The translations under genes and the position numbers were made by a program. From the human T2T-CHM13v2.0 reference genome, Homo sapiens: a stretch of DNA of 64,000 nucleotides. Shown here piece by piece: positions 60,301 through 64,000 of the stretch (positions are counted from its first letter, which is position 1; each line of letters starts with the position of its first letter). A model generated the notes under the pieces. It was given only the letters and a program-made list of their open reading frames with translations. It was not told the DNA's origin and did not search any database. The stretch lies in NCBI RefSeq assembly GCF_009914755.1, contig NC_060931.1; one strand, given 5' to 3'.

Positions 60301-61044
60301 GGCTGCTCCTGGCAAGAGCTTAGGACGAGATATGGAGAGGAGACTGACGGGAGCCACAGGCCAGCTCTTCCAAGGCAGGCTAAGGATGTTGAGGTGGTTC
60401 TGCGGCGCTGGGGAGCATTGCAGGCTTGTGTGGGAGTAGGAACAGGTAGAGGAGGGGGCCTGCATCCGCAGTGCCGGGAGCGGCGCAGGTATCGGGGCAG
60501 GGATGGGGGATGGCTCTCGTTGCCGGCATATTATTGTGCGGTCCTTCGGCTAAGGTGTTAGCAGAGCTGGTGGGGGCCAGGTTGGTCACACTAGTCTCAG
60601 AGAAAGGCCTGAGGGGCTGGAAAGCAAGTGCAGAGGCGGGCTATTGGGACACTGTTGAGTGTCACAAGGACATGGGTTCGAGTTCTGCCTCCACCCTGAC
60701 CAGCTTCAGGTTTCTAAGAAGTTGATCTTTGTTAGGTTTAAAAAAAAAGAAAAAAGAAAAATTCAGGAAAAGAGCCAGGTTTGGGGAGAAGATGCTAATC
60801 CCCGTTTTGGACAAGTTGAACTAGGGTGCCTATAGGTCAACTGCCCAGGCAGTTGGGAGCGGGTGGGGAAACCTGCCCTTCCAGAGCCTTCCATGATGGG
60901 TCTGCTGTGCTCCCGTCAAGGGTGGGACATTCCTCTATGAGAACACACATCAAACCGTGGAGTGCCTCGGCTGTCAGGCCTGCCTCCCAGCCAGACTGCA
61001 CATGTAGAGAAGTAGAGGGAAGCTTACCTGAAGATGACAGTCCC

Positions 61045-61093
61045 GATGATGATGATGATGATGATGACGATGGTGATGATTGATCATGATGAT
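61045..61093. repeat. (GAT)n trinucleotide repeat
   Basis: Imperfect GAT run. Confidence 0.9.
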
Positions 61094-61122
61094 GTTTTAA
61101 GAGCAGGGAGGCTGTTACCTTT

Positions 61123-61563
61123 TCTTATGGGCTGAAATGTGTCCCCTCAAAATTTATATTAAAATCCTAACCCCTAGTACTTTAGACTGTGACTTTATTT
61201 GCAAATAGGGTCATTGCAGACACAATTAAGATAAGGTCCTACTGGAGTAGAGTGAGCCCTTCATCCTATATGACTTAGTATTCATATAAGAAGAAGAAAA
61301 AACAGAAACAAACAGGGAGAGGGCCAAGTGGCCACGGAGGCAGAGATTACAGTGATGGAGCTGCAAGCCAAGGAACACTGCGGAGCAGCGTCCGAGGCTG
61401 GAAGAGGAGAGGCAGGGTCCTCCCTGCAGGCTTCAGAGGGAGTGGCCTCGCTCATACCTTGATTTTGGACTCCCTGACTCCAGTACCATGGGTGAATAAG
61501 TTTCTCTAGTTGTAAGCCTCTCAATTGATGGTAATTTGTTATGGCACCCCTAGGAGACTAATA
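61123..61563 (+). mobile_element. MaLR LTR (MLT1B/C-like)
   Basis: tatgggctgaaatgtgtcccctcaaaatt...gccaaggaacac...ttgttatggcaccctaggagactaata. Confidence 0.85.
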
Positions 61564-62711
61564 GATGATCATGTCTGTATCCCCAGAACCTGGCACATCA
61601 TGGCATTGGAGAAGCAAATGAATGAATGAAGTTCAGAGAGGGAATGCAGGAGAACTACTCAGCCCCACAAAGTCAGGTGGAATGTGGCTCTGCCCGCCTC
61701 CCCAAAGAAGGCTCTGTAGCCAAGAGCAGCAACAAATAGGCTGAGGGAGACCTGGGATGGTGCCGGTCTCCACCAGCTCACCTCCCTTGGTCTTGTCACC
61801 CAGGGCAGATCCTGATGTGGGGAGGGAGAGAGCAGAGAGCAGAGAAACCCTGGGGTTACCAGTGAAGCTTGTCTCTCACCTCAAGGGTGTCCTCTCCCTT
61901 CCTTGCTTTCTTCCACCACCACTACCCCATCCTCTCTGCAGTATCTCTGCGTCTGAGCATCAGAGCTAGGGTGACATTTACCCACCCTTTGGGAGTGGGT
62001 CCCTGGAAAGGTGCCAGGTGGAGCTGGAGGTTGAAGCAAGTTTCAGGGCATTGACAGGAAGAGAGTGAGGGAAGCCCTGGGTAGCACTAAGAGCATGGCT
62101 ATAATGGGTGTTATGAGCCCAAACTCCTGTTCAGATCCTTTCCGGAAATTACTATTGGTGTGACTTTGGGAAAGTCACTCGACCCCTCTGAGCCTCTCAG
62201 TTTCTTTACCTGAAAAATGGAGGTATGTCTACTACCTTTAATATTGTCATAAAGATTAAATGAAATATATTTGGCATGAAATCGTCACCACCATCATTAT
62301 CTTCAGTGGTGGCCAAGTGTCTCTAGGGAAGACAGGAGTGCAATGTGGATGGAAAGGTTTGGGGAGTTCCCAGACCACCCAAATCTGTGAGCAGGATGGC
62401 ACTGAGAAATGCAGAACATGCCCTGGGGATGGGGGCAATTTTCTACAGTCTGGAGGATGTCTTTCAATCCTGGCTTCTGTGCAGAGCTGAGCAGTGTCCA
62501 GGGGTGGACGGTCCCCAGCCAAGCATGAGGAGGCCCCTTTGTGGGAGCCAACACCATACAGGGGGACAAGTTCAGATGTCAGGGCCCCATCAGAAGTGGG
62601 GGGCACAGAGTTTAAACCACCACTGAAAATAGGCAAGGGGACCCTTGTTGGAAGGAGTTTGCTGGGCATGAGAGAGGCCACCAGTGAGAGTAGGGGCAAC
62701 CCTGACCTTCA

Positions 62712-62915
62712 GGGTCAAACCACATAAGGCAGGATTGCCCTGCAGCTTTTGGTTTTGGTGTCTGGCCAATTGCCAGTAGTCAGTGATGGAAGATGCCATT
62801 TCCCAAGTACTCTGCTGACTTCTATTGCGACAAATTATTTAATTAAATTATTATTGTTGGGAGGGCATTAGGGACTCGAGTTTTACTGAGCTAAGGAGTG
62901 AGTGCAGTGGGTGGG
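62712..62915 (+). repeat. Copy 1 of a diverged ~210-bp direct repeat
   Basis: Shares exact gggtcaaaccacataaggcagg and further collinear blocks with 63549-63772. Confidence 0.8.
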
Positions 62916-62977
62916 GGATAATGAAAGAAGTCAGATTGGAAGGAGGGTCACGGAAAACAAACGTCCTTGACAAAGGT

Positions 62978-62996
62978 GGGCGGGGCTCATGCAAAT
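62978..62996 (+). promoter_or_regulatory. GC box plus octamer (GGGCGGGG-ctc-ATGCAAAT)
   Basis: Perfect Sp/KLF and POU motifs 3 bp apart; motif evidence only. Confidence 0.4.
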
Positions 62997-63548
62997 GAGA
63001 CAGTCTAGGGAGCATTTCCTGCTACTTCCTGCTTTCTGGAAACTGCTTAGAAGGCTGAGTAGCTGAGGTTGACCTGAGAGCTTGGTTTTGCCCCAGAAAC
63101 ACACAGACAGCAGAAAGGAGACGGCAGAGGTTCAGGGGTAGCCAGGCCACCGGGCCACTGCAGGCCAGGAGTGCAGGCGCAGCCTGCGATAGCAAGGATA
63201 AGCTTCAAAGGCAAAGGTGAGGCCCTGTCCTAGGCACCCTGGGGCCTTGCTCTTGCTTCCCAGGGGTGTCCCCTGCTTCTGCCTTTATCCCTCCAGGAAG
63301 GTAGGGATGGAGGGAGGCACCCTCTTTTTCTCAAATCTGTGTGCCTGGGTGGCCAGGCTGGGCTTGGTAATGTGGAAAACTTGGGTCTGCAAGGGCAGTG
63401 AAGTTCGAAGGCCTGCTAAAGAGAGCAGCAGGAAAAGAGATGGTTCACCGACTCCCTCCTTCCAGGTGGCCTGGGGACGAGGAAGAAGGGAGAGAGATAA
63501 AAGGCCATGGAAGGGATTTCTCACCTGCTTCTGTTTTCCTGAGCTCTG

Positions 63549-63772
63549 GGGTCAAACCACATAAGGCAGGCTTCGCTTGGTGCTTTTGGTTCTGGGAGTG
63601 CCTAATATAGTGTCTGCTTAGCCGGCCGAATTCCGATCCACAGTCAGTGATGGAGGACGCAGTGTCTTGCTGACTTTCATCATGATGAATTATTTACTTA
63701 AAGGATCAATGCTCAGGGTGAGGCGCACTAAGGAGGACTCCAGTGATGAGGAGTGAGTGCGATTGGCTGGGG
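63549..63772 (+). repeat. Copy 2 of a diverged ~210-bp direct repeat
   Basis: Collinear blocks gcttttggtt, agtcagtgatgga, tgctgactt, aattattta, ggagtgagtgc. Confidence 0.8.
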
Positions 63773-64000
63773 TTGTGGCTGCACCAGCATCAGCTACTTT
63801 GGACACAGCCAGAGAAGAGTGACAGGCTCCAGCCCCAGGCCTGCTGTGTATTGTGTGGTAGTCTCTTTGCTCTGAGTTCTGAGATACCTGGAAGTGGCAT
63901 TTTAAAATAGAAATTCCAGAGATGGCTTTACCTCTTGGCAAATGGGCACCATACCTGTTCTATGCATGAAGGGTTCCTATGAATTTTCTGGACTATAAAT

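Noticed and set aside
62978-63300. snRNA gene implied by a GC-box/octamer distal element
   Set aside because: No recognisable PSE or snRNA sequence downstream.

Overview
Primate (almost certainly human) genomic DNA, not microbial. The + strand carries the 3' half of EEPD1 (endonuclease/exonuclease/phosphatase family domain containing 1). Five coding exons (28370-28480, 31941-32075, 34895-35033, 44254-44448, 46268-46467) have GT-AG boundaries and splice in frame to 259 aa ending ...SEHCPVLAEFY...NIKHER-stop. The 3' UTR has a proximal AATAAA (46968) and a distal ATTAAA (48773). Positions 1-28369 are one long intron; ~48.8-64 kb appears intergenic. The rest is mostly interspersed repeats: a TSD-flanked L1PA7/8-type element that has lost its RT region, a 5'-truncated L1, old L1M/L2 fragments, about 20 Alus, MER50/MER41/MLT1 LTRs and MER2/MER5A/MER20 DNA transposons. 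There is also an RPL39 processed pseudogene split by an Alu monomer. I found no evidence of a new multi-gene system, CRISPR array or RNA gene. The most interesting observations are local: three unexplained duplications, an L1 antisense promoter/ORF0 remnant facing the EEPD1 catalytic exons, cryptic splice and polyadenylation options, a convergent CTCF motif pair and degenerate EEP catalytic motifs. Repeat subfamily names come from recalled consensus sequences and their boundaries are approximate unless TSDs are given. Exon numbers are inferred from my recollection of the 569-aa, 8-exon gene.
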